Source: a virus. Taken from it: a DNA stretch of 64,000 bases. Made by a program: the position numbers and the translations under genes. Numbering within the stretch: the first letter of the stretch is position 1; each line of letters begins with the position of its first letter. Shown here one piece after another: positions 1 to 10,026 of the stretch. Below the pieces are notes generated by a model. It did not search any database and was not told the origin of the DNA. It saw only the letters and a program-made list of their open reading frames with translations. The stretch is from the IMG/VR virus record IMGVR_UViG_3300027833_000021, positions 32,001 to 96,000 of that record; one strand, written 5' to 3'.

Positions 1-27
1 TGAGAAAATTCAAAAGAGGAATAACTC

Positions 28-261
28 ATGCGAAACGAAAAGATGAATCTTAAGCAACAACTAGAAGAGTTGAAAGTCTTAGCAGGTATCTATAAGCCAT
101 ACCAAATGGAAGATAGTACGCAAGAGAATATTTCCTATACGGGTACTGAAAAATCTAAGTATCAAAAGAAACATAAAGTAGAACCAGGAACAAAAGAGTG
201 GTTCAAGTTATGGTTTTCAAAACCTTATATGACAGGTGAAAACCCATACGGGAAGAAATGA
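28..261 (+). CDS. Conserved phage hypothetical protein (PGTxEWFKLWF motif)
   Basis: ORF with GAGGA RBS; motif recalled from large-phage late genes. Confidence 0.7.
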   Translation: MRNEKMNLKQQLEELKVLAGIYKPYQMEDSTQENISYTGTEKSKYQKKHKVEPGTKEWFKLWFSKPYMTGENPYGKK

Positions 262-262
262 T

Positions 263-1471
263 ATGAAAGTTAGAGACATATTAGGCGCAGGCTTAGAAAG
301 AAGATTTAGAGGTCCAAGAAAACCTCGTAATAAACAAATTGGTTTTCATCAGAAGATGAAGAAACTACTGGACAAAGCACTTAATGAAGAAGGTGCTAGA
401 ATTCAGCATTTAGAAGACTTAATTATCTGGGATGGTTCAGTCGGTGGTCAAAAAGCAATTGCAAAACTACATCAAGTAGAAACTTCTCCAAAATCAATTA
501 GTATTAAATGGGATGGCTCACCAGCCGTTATCTTTGGTCGTAATGAGAATGGCGAATTTGTTCTTACAGACAAAAGTGGATTTGGTGCTAAAGGTTATGA
601 TGGCAGAGTAACAAGTGCAGATGCGTTAGGTGATATGTTTAACAATCGTAAAATGCGAGACCCATCGCCAGAAAAAGTAGCAGACAAAGAAGCGTTTGTT
701 AATAATATGAAAACTATATGGGACAAAGTTGAAAGTGTTATACCTGCGGATTTCAGAGGATACTTACACGGTGACTTGTTATGGTTCTCAACACCACAAT
801 CAAAAGACGGTAGACTTATATTCAAGCCAAACACAACAACATATTCAGTAGATGCTAAAAGTGATATCGGTAAAAAGATAATCAACTTTGATGTAGGTAT
901 CGTAGTTCATGTAGTGATTGACTTAGATGGCAATAAAAGCAATGTAGATATGGGCAAACTTCAAGCAGGTAAAACATGGATTATGCCTCCAGTATATGTT
1001 ACTAAATCTCCTGGTGTTGACTTACCAGAAGTAGACAGATTAGAAAGTTATTTAAAATCAAATGCAAATGCAATTGATAAGTTACTAGCAGTTCCAGCCG
1101 AATTAAAAATGGCAGACTTTGGTAACATTCTTTACACTTATATCAATAATAGTGTAAAAGCAGGCAACCTAGATAAACTAGGAAAAAATTTCAGTGAATG
1201 GGTAGAAACATCAAAACTAAGTGGACCTAAGAAAGAACGAGCAGTTCAGTGGGTAGAACAAAATAGTGATGGCTTTGAAGCAATCTTCCAATTCATTAAT
1301 GGTGTTATGACCACAAAGAACAAAATTATTAAAACGTTAGATTCTCAACCAGCAGATATCGAAGCCAGTACAAATGGCGAAAGAGGTGGAGAAGGCTATG
1401 TGATAGATAAAGATGTGAAACTGGTAAATAGAGCAGGGTTCACAGCGGCAAACATGAGGCAAGAGAGATAA
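263..1471 (+). CDS. DUF6267-like protein with ligase-type nucleotidyltransferase motifs
   Basis: KWDGSPA (KxDG motif I), HGDLL, GEGYV and VKLV resemble ligase motifs. Start moved to ATG 263 (MKVRDIL), just after the upstream stop. Confidence 0.7.
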   Translation: MKVRDILGAGLERRFRGPRKPRNKQIGFHQKMKKLLDKALNEEGARIQHLEDLIIWDGSVGGQKAIAKLHQVETSPKSISIKWDGSPAVIFGRNENGEFVLTDKSGFGAKGYDGRVTSADALGDMFNNRKMRDPSPEKVADKEAFVNNMKTIWDKVESVIPADFRGYLHGDLLWFSTPQSKDGRLIFKPNTTTYSVDAKSDIGKKIINFDVGIVVHVVIDLDGNKSNVDMGKLQAGKTWIMPPVYVTKSPGVDLPEVDRLESYLKSNANAIDKLLAVPAELKMADFGNILYTYINNSVKAGNLDKLGKNFSEWVETSKLSGPKKERAVQWVEQNSDGFEAIFQFINGVMTTKNKIIKTLDSQPADIEASTNGERGGEGYVIDKDVKLVNRAGFTAANMRQER

Positions 1472-1496
1472 TTTTTTAACTACTAATAATAAGACC

Positions 1497-1634
1497 ATGG
1501 GAAAAAGAGCAGTACCACACGTAAAAACACCAAAAAGAGGACAGAGAGCAACTAAGAAGAATCTCTCACACTCAACATTCGTATCAAAAAGGCACCCTAA
1601 CAGCAAACGTGTCACAAGTGGTGCAGTCACATAA
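1497..1634 (+). CDS. Small basic protein (45 aa, MGKRAVPHVKTPKRG...)
   Basis: Read manually; fills the intergenic gap; weak RBS. Confidence 0.5.
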   Translation: MGKRAVPHVKTPKRGQRATKKNLSHSTFVSKRHPNSKRVTSGAVT

Positions 1635-1642
1635 GATAAATA
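1635..1642 (+). promoter_or_regulatory. T4-type late promoter GATAAATA
   Basis: Variant of the T4 TATAAATA, upstream of the 1669/1866 genes. Confidence 0.65.
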
Positions 1643-1668
1643 CATGTGATATGTAAGAAAAGGAAGAA

Positions 1669-1869
1669 GTGATGTACAGCAAAGAGTGTAAATTGCATTT
1701 AGACGAAGCAAAGATGACACGATGGCAACATTTCAGACATGCACTTAGTATTGCTTGGAATTTAAAAAAGGCGGCAGGTGCAGTATTCATTCATGCATTT
1801 GCGCCAAGATATTTCAAATCATACGCAAGTGAAACATGTGACAGGATTGCGAAAGAGAACAAAAAATGA
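1669..1869 (+). CDS. DUF6356-like small protein
   Basis: HFRHAL...IHAFAPRYF pattern. Confidence 0.6.
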   Translation: MMYSKECKLHLDEAKMTRWQHFRHALSIAWNLKKAAGAVFIHAFAPRYFKSYASETCDRIAKENKK

Positions 1870-2621
1870 GTAAATTAAAACTTGTAAATACTTTATCAGA
1901 AAGTAGATTATTCAGAACAAAACAAATGGCTGGCAGTGTCAAAATTGATGATGCCGCAGAATTAGTTTTTGTTCATTTACTTATATTGAATATCTTTAAT
2001 AAAGATTATGACTTCTCTCCGTTGGCTGGTGATATAGCATCACGTACAATGTCTTATAGAAACTTTGATTACTTTAGAACTAATGGCACCGATATGTACA
2101 TGGCTCTCAATCGTTTGATGGGCAAAGATAATGATATTGGTGATAATGAAAAAGATGAAATAGCAAAGAGTAGACTTTCATTACAGAAAGCAGACGTTTT
2201 GAGATTTCTACTTCATTTCTCTAATAATAGAAGTGATGCATCTTTTGAACAAAGATACTTACTAAGATACCAAAGAAACCTTAATATACAAGATGGATTG
2301 TTAAAATCTTTACGTAGATTAGTTGGTGATTGGGATAATCTTAATCAAAATCAAAGAGCCTTGGTAGTTACAAGACTAGTACAATATATGCGTAGAAAGG
2401 CAAGACTTGCTGAAATAATGCCAGCACTTCTAAAATTACAGAAACGTGGTAATTATATGCATAAAGATAGTGATGAGGCTAAAGATACAGTCAAAAAAGT
2501 ATGGGATAACCCAATAGTTAAGGCTGGTGCCGCAATTGCAGGCTATAAGGCAGTACAATCACTAGGTAGAAGATTAGGTGCTACTACGTACACTACTGAT
2601 AGAAAACTTCGTAAGTTTTAA
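1866..2621 (+). CDS. Hypothetical late protein (possible internal head protein)
   Basis: Long ORF coupled to upstream gene; LSE|SR candidate cleavage site. Confidence 0.75.
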   Translation: MSKLKLVNTLSESRLFRTKQMAGSVKIDDAAELVFVHLLILNIFNKDYDFSPLAGDIASRTMSYRNFDYFRTNGTDMYMALNRLMGKDNDIGDNEKDEIAKSRLSLQKADVLRFLLHFSNNRSDASFEQRYLLRYQRNLNIQDGLLKSLRRLVGDWDNLNQNQRALVVTRLVQYMRRKARLAEIMPALLKLQKRGNYMHKDSDEAKDTVKKVWDNPIVKAGAAIAGYKAVQSLGRRLGATTYTTDRKLRKF

Positions 2622-2661
2622 TCAAAATCCATAAACAACGTCTTAATTATCCTCACTTTTT

Positions 2662-2669
2662 GATAAATA
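2662..2669 (+). promoter_or_regulatory. Late promoter GATAAATA
   Basis: Motif upstream of the 2757 gene. Confidence 0.7.
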
Positions 2670-2756
2670 AGTGTGTAGGGTTATGAAACCCTAACAGTAA
2701 AGACTACGAGATACTATCTCAAAGTTTAAATTAACATTCTTTTAAGGAGAAATAAA

Positions 2757-3047
2757 ATGGCTTCAAATACACTAGGTGGACAATCAAACGGTCTAGGTTC
2801 AAAAACTACAATCGTTAAATTAGCACTAACAAACATGACAGCGGCTAACTTAGGCACTATCTATGCGGCAATGGGCGCATTAGGTCACACAGTTGCTGGT
2901 TCAGGTACAGCAGACGGTTCAGCATTCGTGGCTGGCACAACTGACGTATTATTCATCGCTCTACAAGGCGTTGACTATACAGCAGACGCTACAAATGCCC
3001 ACGGCGTAACTGGCGCGGTTACTACTGTTGAAGCAGTAATTGGCTAA
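2757..3047 (+). CDS. Small virion structural/decoration protein
   Basis: Strong AAGGAG RBS, high-expression codon bias, Ala/Gly/Thr-rich, own late promoter and terminator. Confidence 0.75.
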   Translation: MASNTLGGQSNGLGSKTTIVKLALTNMTAANLGTIYAAMGALGHTVAGSGTADGSAFVAGTTDVLFIALQGVDYTADATNAHGVTGAVTTVEAVIG

Positions 3048-3069
3048 TACCTAAACTTTTAATTAAGTG

Positions 3070-3098
3070 AAAAAGCCCTCTTTATGAGGGCTTTTTTT
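3070..3098 (+). terminator. Intrinsic terminator GCCCTC-TTTAT-GAGGGC-T7
   Basis: GC hairpin plus U-tract; same hairpin at 53701. Confidence 0.9.
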
Positions 3099-3128
3099 AT
3101 GTCTAAACATATCCTTTTAATCTTTTTA

Positions 3129-3136
3129 TATAAATA
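3129..3136 (+). promoter_or_regulatory. Late promoter TATAAATA
   Basis: Exact T4 late consensus about 200 nt upstream of the giant fibre gene. Confidence 0.8.
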
Positions 3137-3300
3137 CATGTGTAAGAGATTCAACTCTTACAGATGGTTGAGATATCTTCCGACCAATCAGATGCATGAG
3201 ACTTTTCCGTGCAGTACATTGAGAATCCTTCCGATGTATAAAAAATAAAAATAAGTAAAATAAACGTTATGTATATTATTTCATGGAATGGTCCGTGGAG
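3137..3300 (+). promoter_or_regulatory. Structured 5' leader with tandem TGAGA-N2-3-YTTCCG hairpins
   Basis: Hairpins at 3141-3162, 3166-3185, 3193-3213, 3214-3239 and 3280-3299. Confidence 0.65.
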
Positions 3301-3335
3301 TAATTAATAACAATGGCTAATTATAGGAGATAATA

Positions 3336-6300
3336 ATGGCTGATATTAAAAACTTTGGTATCCGTGGTATAGGTGCTGATGTTCAGTTCGGTAAGTCGGG
3401 CGGTCGTGTTGTATATGATTCAGGTAATTCCCTGTTCAAAGTAACAACTGACGGTACTACTTTAGGTAACATGAATGTTGCAACTCCAACTTCGGACAAC
3501 CATGCGGCAAACAAGAGTTATGTTGACTCAATCGCTTCTGGACTTGATGTTAAACAATCAGTTCGTGCGGCTTCAACAGCAGATGTAACTCTAAGTGGAC
3601 CGGGCGCAACAATCGATGGCGTAACTATGTCATCAGGTGACCGTGTTCTACTAAAAAACCAGTCGGCAGCGGCTGAAAATGGTATCTATCTATGGACAGG
3701 TGCGGCGTCAGCAATGACACGTGCAACTGATATGGACGGTGCCGCTGAATTTGTTGGCGCTTTTTTCTTTGTTGAAGAAGGTACAATAAACTCAGACCAA
3801 GGCTTTGTATGTTCAACTAACGGTACAATTACTGTTGATACAACTGCAATCGCCTTTACACAATTCACAGGTACTGGTCAGTTAACAGCAGGTAATGGTT
3901 TATCTAAATCAGGTAACACATTCAATATTAACGTTGACGATACATTTGTGGAAATTAATGGTTCAGATGAACTAACTATTAGAGGTACTTCGACTACTGG
4001 TCAAGCACTACTTTCAGACGGTTCAAATGGTGTAACATATGGTGCAGTTAACTTAACTTCTTCAAGTGCAGTTACTGGTGCTTTACCATTAACAAACGGC
4101 GGTTTAGGTGTTGATGCATCTGATTCATCAGGCAAAACTACAGCACGTTCAAACTTAGGTTTGGGCTCAATGGCTACTCAGAACTCTGGTTCTGTTGCTA
4201 TTACAGGCGGTTCAATTGATATTTCTGGTGGTACATTAACTCTAGCAAATGACCAAATCTCTGGTAACTCAATTTCTGGTGGTACAATTGACTCAGCGAA
4301 CCTTTCAGGTGGCGCAGGCAAGACTATCTCTGGTTTCGATGTAACAATCGCGGCTGGTAAAACATTAGACGTTGACGGTGCAGTAGATATCGATGCTTCA
4401 AGTGGTAACATGGATGGCGTTGCTATCGGTGGTACAACTTCAGCGGCTGGTACATTTACAACTATGGCTTCTGACTCAGTAGATATTAATGGTGGTGCTG
4501 TTGACGGTACAACTATTGGTGCTAACGTGGCAGCGGCAGGTACATTTACAAACGTAGATGCTACTGGTACAATCAAAACTAATACACTAGACAACTATGA
4601 TGGCACAAACATTACTGTTTCTGCTCCATTGGATGTTACTGGTGATATTACTGTAACTGGTCAAGTCTCTGCGACTACCGGTATGGTTACAGACACAATT
4701 GCTGAATTAACTGGTAATGCTGGTGTAACTGTTGATAGTGTTGTACTTAAAGACGGTGTTGTAACTGGTGATTTAACTGGTGATGTAACTGGTGATGTAA
4801 CTGGTAACTTAACAGGTAACTCTGCTGGTGTTCATACAGGTAATGTAACTGGTAACTTAACTGGTAACAGTGCAGGTGTTCATACAGGCGCAGTAACTGG
4901 TAATGTAACTGGTGATGTAACTGGTAACTTAACAGGTAACTCTGCTGGTGTTCATACAGGTAATGTAACTGGTAATGTAACTGGTGATGTAACTGGTGAT
5001 GTAGCAGGTGATGTAACTTCAACTGGAACTTCAACGTTTGCAACTGTTGACGTTAACGGCGGTGCAGTAGATGGAACAGTAATTGGTGCTAACACATCAG
5101 CGGCTGGTACTTTCTCAACAATGACAACAGCAGATGCGGCTATAACAGGCGGTGCTATTTCAGGAACAAGTATTGACCTTTCAGGACAAACTTTGACATT
5201 GACTTCGGACTCTGTGTCTGGTGATTCAGTTCATGGTGGTACTATTTCTAACTTCGCATCAACTGGTATTGACGATAATGCATCATCAACAGCATTGACA
5301 ATCGATTCAAGTCAAAATGCTACATTTGGTTCAGACTTAACAGTTACTGGTGACTTAACAGTTAACGGTTCTGTAACTTCAATCTCTTCAACTAACACTA
5401 CTATCGAAGACAACACAATTGTTTTAAACAATGGTGAGTCTGGTGCTGGTGTAACTGAAGGTTCAGCAGGTATTTCTATCGACCGTGGTACAGCGGATGA
5501 TGCACTTATCAACTGGAATGAGACAACAGATGAGTTCGAACTAAAAGTTGGTGCTTCATATGGTGACTTAAAAGTTTCAGCACTTACAGGTGATGTAACT
5601 GGTGCCCTAACTGGTAACGTAACAGGTAATGTAACTGGTAATGTAACAGGTAATGTAACTGGTGATTTAACAGGTGATGTAACTGGTGATTTAACTGGTG
5701 ACGTAACAGGTAATGTAACTGGTAATACTGCTGGTGTTCATACTGGTAATGTAACTGGTAACGTAACAGGTAACGTAACTGGTGATTTAACTGGTGACTC
5801 TGCTGGTACACATACTGGTGCAGTTGTTGGTAACGTAACAGGTAACGTAACTGGTGATTTAACTGGTGATGTAACTGGTGATGTAACTGGTGATGTAACT
5901 GGTGATTTAACAGGTAACTCTGCTGGTACACATACTGGTGCGGTTGTTGGTAATGTAACTGGTAACTTAACAGGTAACGTAACAGGTAATGTTTCTGGCA
6001 ATGCTGGAACAGTAACTAACGGTGTTTATACAACTGACACTGGAACAGTAACTAACACAATGTTAGCAGGTTCAATTGGTAATGCTAAATTATCAAATAG
6101 TTCATTTACTGTTGGTTCAACTGCGATTAACCTTGGTGATACAACGACAAGTCTTGCAGGCTTATCTTCAGTAACATCAACGGCATTCGTAGGTGATTTA
6201 ACTGGTGACGTAACTGGTGATACTGCTGGTACTCATACTGGTGCAGTAACTGGTAACGTAACTGGTAACATTACTTCAGCAGGTACAAGTACATTTACAG

Positions 6301-8405
6301 ACGTTGACGTTAACGGCGGTGTTATTGATGGAACAACTATTGGTGCAACATCATCAGCGGCTGGTACATTCTCAACATTGGCATCTGCTTCAGCGACATT
6401 AACTGGTGGTACTGCTACTGGCATGACAACAGTTACAGCGACTAACCTAAACTCAGGTAACGTTGGTATTACTGGTGGTTCTATTTCAGGAACATCAATC
6501 GACTTATCAGGTCAAACCCTAACTCTAGGTAATGACTCAGTTTCAGGTGACTCAATCCACGGTGGTACTATTTCTAACGCTTCATTGGCCGGTGACGCTA
6601 CCGACACAATGACTGGTTATGATATTACTGTTGGTGCGGGACGTGAATTAGACGTATCTTCGGGTACTCTAACACTAGGTGCTAACCAGATTTCTGGTGA
6701 TAAAGTACACGGTGGCACAATCTCTGATTTTGCTTCAACTGGTATCGATGATAACGCTACATCAACTAAAGTAACTCTATCTGATACAACTGCAACATTT
6801 GGTGTTGCTGGTGACTTCGGTTCTAACGACCTAGACGCCGGTGCTTCAACACTTGGTTCGCTTTCTGTAACAGGTAATGCTTCAATTACTGGTAACTTGA
6901 CAGTTTCTGGTTCAGTAACTACAACTTTATCTGAGATTGTAAATATCGAAGATAACAACATTGTTCTTAACTCAAACGCAACTGGTTCGGCTACTGCTGA
7001 TGCTGGTATTACGATTGAGCGTGGTGATGATGATAATGCTGTTGTTCTCTGGAACGAAACTTCAAATGCATTCGAACTTACTGTAGGCGCGGCTAAGGCT
7101 GACCTAACAGTTAATGATTTGACTGTAAATGAGATGACACTAGCAACTGACCTTGCGGCAAGCATGGGTGGTACGGGTACTGATACTTCAGCATTCGCGG
7201 CTTCATCTATCATGTTAAACAGTGGTTCAGGTACAGTAACAGAATTGGCGAAAGGTGCTAACTCAACTGTATTAAAAGTTGGTTCAACTGGTACTCTAGG
7301 TTATGCAAAAGTCGATTTGACTGCTGACGTAACTGGTACAATGCCAATAGCAAATGGTGGTACAGGTATCACTTCAGCAGGTTCTGATAATAAAGTTATG
7401 ACTTCAGACGGTTCTGCATTAGGTATGGAATATGTACAACATGTACGTAATTCAACTGGTGTAGTTGCGTTAGACGGTTCTGGCGTTACTTCAGGTTCTG
7501 GTGAATATATCGCAATTACTAACGCTACTGGTAAAGTAACACTAACAGCCAAAAATGCGGCGGCATCTGGTGCTGTAGATATGTATCTACAAGGCCAAGG
7601 TGGCGGTGACGTATTTATTGTTGGTCAATCTGGCGAAGCCTTAATTCAAGGTGAAAACGATACAGACCTAACAGTTGCTGGTGGTGATGCTTCTGGCGGT
7701 GATGCTGGTGACTTAATCATCAAAGGTGGTAACGGTACAGGCGGTAACGCCTCTGGTGCAGTTGTCATTAAAGGTGGTAACGGTGGTGCATCAGACGGAA
7801 ACGTTCAAATTAAAGGTGCAGATGATACAGCAATCGCTACTTTCGTAGAGACTGCCTCAGCAACTGACTCTTTAACAGTAACTAACGGAACTGGCGGTGT
7901 AGAACTAGCAATGTCTGGTGGCACAAACGTCAACATGAACTTAGCACCAAAAGGCGCAGGTATTATTCTTGCACCAAATGGCTATGACATGTCTTCAGCG
8001 GCAGACCACGCCCTAGCAACTAAAGAATATGTAGATGACAAAGCGTCAACTTCAGGTTCTTCTGGTACTAGACGTGTTGAGTTTACTGCTAACGGTTCTT
8101 CATCATTTACAATCGGCACAATGGCTAACATTTCAGGAAAAACTTATTACATTAAGCGTATCACTGCAAAAGTTACTACTGCGTTTGTTGGTTGTGATGA
8201 ATTAGTCGTTTCTGACGGTACAAATACTCTAATGTCTGCAAGTGAGGCTGACCTTTCTGAAGGCGGTTTATATATTGTTGATTTAGGTTTTGACGATGCT
8301 ACAACAGGCGGCGCAACTATTACTGGTACTTTACAGAATGGCGGCTCATCTGCTTCACCTACAACTGGTGTTATAATTGTTACTGCGGAATACAAGCAAC
8401 TCTAA
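3336..8405 (+). CDS. Giant G/T/S-rich virion fibre protein (1689 aa)
   Basis: AGGAG RBS; fibre-type motifs (AANKSYVD, GLDVKQSVRAA, DRVLLKNQ, TLPIANGGTG-like); TG[ND][VL] repeats; late promoter and terminator. Confidence 0.85.
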   Translation: MADIKNFGIRGIGADVQFGKSGGRVVYDSGNSLFKVTTDGTTLGNMNVATPTSDNHAANKSYVDSIASGLDVKQSVRAASTADVTLSGPGATIDGVTMSSGDRVLLKNQSAAAENGIYLWTGAASAMTRATDMDGAAEFVGAFFFVEEGTINSDQGFVCSTNGTITVDTTAIAFTQFTGTGQLTAGNGLSKSGNTFNINVDDTFVEINGSDELTIRGTSTTGQALLSDGSNGVTYGAVNLTSSSAVTGALPLTNGGLGVDASDSSGKTTARSNLGLGSMATQNSGSVAITGGSIDISGGTLTLANDQISGNSISGGTIDSANLSGGAGKTISGFDVTIAAGKTLDVDGAVDIDASSGNMDGVAIGGTTSAAGTFTTMASDSVDINGGAVDGTTIGANVAAAGTFTNVDATGTIKTNTLDNYDGTNITVSAPLDVTGDITVTGQVSATTGMVTDTIAELTGNAGVTVDSVVLKDGVVTGDLTGDVTGDVTGNLTGNSAGVHTGNVTGNLTGNSAGVHTGAVTGNVTGDVTGNLTGNSAGVHTGNVTGNVTGDVTGDVAGDVTSTGTSTFATVDVNGGAVDGTVIGANTSAAGTFSTMTTADAAITGGAISGTSIDLSGQTLTLTSDSVSGDSVHGGTISNFASTGIDDNASSTALTIDSSQNATFGSDLTVTGDLTVNGSVTSISSTNTTIEDNTIVLNNGESGAGVTEGSAGISIDRGTADDALINWNETTDEFELKVGASYGDLKVSALTGDVTGALTGNVTGNVTGNVTGNVTGDLTGDVTGDLTGDVTGNVTGNTAGVHTGNVTGNVTGNVTGDLTGDSAGTHTGAVVGNVTGNVTGDLTGDVTGDVTGDVTGDLTGNSAGTHTGAVVGNVTGNLTGNVTGNVSGNAGTVTNGVYTTDTGTVTNTMLAGSIGNAKLSNSSFTVGSTAINLGDTTTSLAGLSSVTSTAFVGDLTGDVTGDTAGTHTGAVTGNVTGNITSAGTSTFTDVDVNGGVIDGTTIGATSSAAGTFSTLASASATLTGGTATGMTTVTATNLNSGNVGITGGSISGTSIDLSGQTLTLGNDSVSGDSIHGGTISNASLAGDATDTMTGYDITVGAGRELDVSSGTLTLGANQISGDKVHGGTISDFASTGIDDNATSTKVTLSDTTATFGVAGDFGSNDLDAGASTLGSLSVTGNASITGNLTVSGSVTTTLSEIVNIEDNNIVLNSNATGSATADAGITIERGDDDNAVVLWNETSNAFELTVGAAKADLTVNDLTVNEMTLATDLAASMGGTGTDTSAFAASSIMLNSGSGTVTELAKGANSTVLKVGSTGTLGYAKVDLTADVTGTMPIANGGTGITSAGSDNKVMTSDGSALGMEYVQHVRNSTGVVALDGSGVTSGSGEYIAITNATGKVTLTAKNAAASGAVDMYLQGQGGGDVFIVGQSGEALIQGENDTDLTVAGGDASGGDAGDLIIKGGNGTGGNASGAVVIKGGNGGASDGNVQIKGADDTAIATFVETASATDSLTVTNGTGGVELAMSGGTNVNMNLAPKGAGIILAPNGYDMSSAADHALATKEYVDDKASTSGSSGTRRVEFTANGSSSFTIGTMANISGKTYYIKRITAKVTTAFVGCDELVVSDGTNTLMSASEADLSEGGLYIVDLGFDDATTGGATITGTLQNGGSSASPTTGVIIVTAEYKQL
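4760..5020 (+). repeat. Degenerate 12-nt coding tandem repeat (ACTGGT[AG]A[TC][GT]TA = TG[ND][VL]), block 1
   Basis: Visible tandem units; includes a near-exact duplication at a 120-nt offset (about 4791-4855 vs 4911-4975). Confidence 0.9.
5585..6000 (+). repeat. TG[ND][VL] coding tandem repeat, block 2
   Basis: Same 12-nt unit, interrupted by AG[TV]HTG inserts. Confidence 0.9.
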
Positions 8406-8451
8406 TTTGTGAGTAATCTAACGTAATTATTACCATCATGGTGATAATAGA

Positions 8452-8479
8452 AAGGGGGACTTCGTGTTCCCCTTTTTTT
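8452..8479 (+). terminator. Intrinsic terminator
   Basis: AAGGGGGAC-TTCGT-GTTCCCCTT followed by a T-tract. Confidence 0.9.
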
Positions 8480-8608
8480 ATGTCTTATAGCCAAAGTGTT
8501 ACCAGAGTAATATTAGCATATTAGATAAATACTTACAGAACTAAAATCTTTAACGACAGACTTAATTTATTAAGACTGACATGAAATAACCGACGTTGAG
8601 GAACGACA

Positions 8609-9460
8609 ATGGCTGTAATCATAAATGCAAAAGGGACCAGTGTCCCTTACTTTAAAATTGGAAAATCTGGAACCACCTTCTATCAAGGAGATGCAGATCC
8701 GAGTAGTACATACACAATAAACACAAATGACATTTGGTTTGATACCACAAATGGCACTGTAAAGTTTCGAACATCAAACTCTTGGTCAGGCATTACAACT
8801 GCTTCTGATTTAACTGTAACTGGTGACTTAACAGTTCAAGGTACAACTACAACCGTAAACTCAACAGAGATACAAGTTCAAAATACTTTAAAGTTTGAAG
8901 GCGCAACTTCAAATGAATACGAAACAACTCTAACAGTTGTTGACCCAACACAAGATAATGTAATCACAATACCAAATGCAACAGACACTTTAGTTGGTCT
9001 TGCAACAACAAACACGTTAACTAATAAATCAATTAATCTAGCGAGTAATACTTTATCAGGCTCATTAGCAGAATTTAATACTGCATTGTCTGGTGATAGT
9101 TTTGTTTCTTTAACAGGTGCTGAAACACTTACAAATAAAACTTTAACTAGTCCAGTTCTTAATGGAACACAAATGACACCAACTGGTGCTATCGTTATGC
9201 CAGTTGGCACAACAGCACAAAGACCAGGAACAGGTGTTGTTGGTATGATGCGTTTTAATTCTGACATAGATGCTTTTGAAGGTTACAATGGTGCATCTTG
9301 GGTTAAACTTGGTGGCTTGACTCCATCAAATGATTCCAGAGACAACGGATTAATTACTGATAGTGAAGTCTTTGATGTAGATTATGGTGCTATTACTGAC
9401 ACTGACACAGCCTCATACACATTAGATAGAGGTCTTATAAGTGATAGTGATACAGTTTAA
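8609..9460 (+). CDS. Virion fibre/structural protein
   Basis: TLTNKTL repeats; GTTAQRP...MRFNSD...FEGYNGASW fibre motif; late promoter at 8524-8531. Confidence 0.8.
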   Translation: MAVIINAKGTSVPYFKIGKSGTTFYQGDADPSSTYTINTNDIWFDTTNGTVKFRTSNSWSGITTASDLTVTGDLTVQGTTTTVNSTEIQVQNTLKFEGATSNEYETTLTVVDPTQDNVITIPNATDTLVGLATTNTLTNKSINLASNTLSGSLAEFNTALSGDSFVSLTGAETLTNKTLTSPVLNGTQMTPTGAIVMPVGTTAQRPGTGVVGMMRFNSDIDAFEGYNGASWVKLGGLTPSNDSRDNGLITDSEVFDVDYGAITDTDTASYTLDRGLISDSDTV

Positions 9461-9511
9461 TTATACTGTAAATTTAGATAAATACTATTAACAAGAGTTC
9501 GGAGAAATAAA

Positions 9512-9901
9512 ATGGCAAGAACAAACGGAGCCGCATCGGCAAGTGAAGTAGTATCAGGTAACATTAACTTCTATACAATGTATGTATCGGGATTAGATAT
9601 TACACATACTGGTGATATATTAGACCAGTCACAACAAAATTTAGATGATATTGTTAATATCGTATCATTGGTAGCACAACCTGTTATTATGAATAATCCA
9701 TTATCAGTCACTTTAGGCGGACTAGCACCAACATTGACGGGTTCAGGATTTGTTTTTAAATTTGCAGTAGAACATGCAGACGTTTTTAAACGAAACTCTG
9801 ATGATGTTTTCATTCTAAAAGAATTAATTCACGGCATAACAATTGATGCTGTTGCATTATCGGCATCAAATATAGAATTTGTAATGTCTGATATACTTTA
9901 A
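9512..9901 (+). CDS. Putative virion structural protein
   Basis: GGAG RBS; late promoter at 9477-9484; terminator follows. Confidence 0.75.
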   Translation: MARTNGAASASEVVSGNINFYTMYVSGLDITHTGDILDQSQQNLDDIVNIVSLVAQPVIMNNPLSVTLGGLAPTLTGSGFVFKFAVEHADVFKRNSDDVFILKELIHGITIDAVALSASNIEFVMSDIL

Positions 9902-9927
9902 ACTAATTATTCCTAATTAATTTTAAT

Positions 9928-9953
9928 AAAAGAGGACAATGTCCTCTTTTTTT
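9928..9953 (+). terminator. Intrinsic terminator
   Basis: AAAGAGGAC-AAT-GTCCTCTTT followed by a T-tract. Confidence 0.85.
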
Positions 9954-10026
9954 GTTGTGGTTGGACATAATTTCTGGCACCAAATGATAAATACAATTAA
10001 TGAATATTAATTAGGGAGTTGCGAAG

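Noticed and set aside
4747-5931. Minus-strand His/Gln/Leu/Tyr-rich ORFs and other antisense ORFs across the fibre gene
   Set aside because: Shadows of the 12-nt repeat and codon bias of the plus-strand gene; no RBS or promoter
4760-6270. Possible CRISPR array
   Set aside because: In-frame degenerate coding repeats without unique spacers; no cas operon
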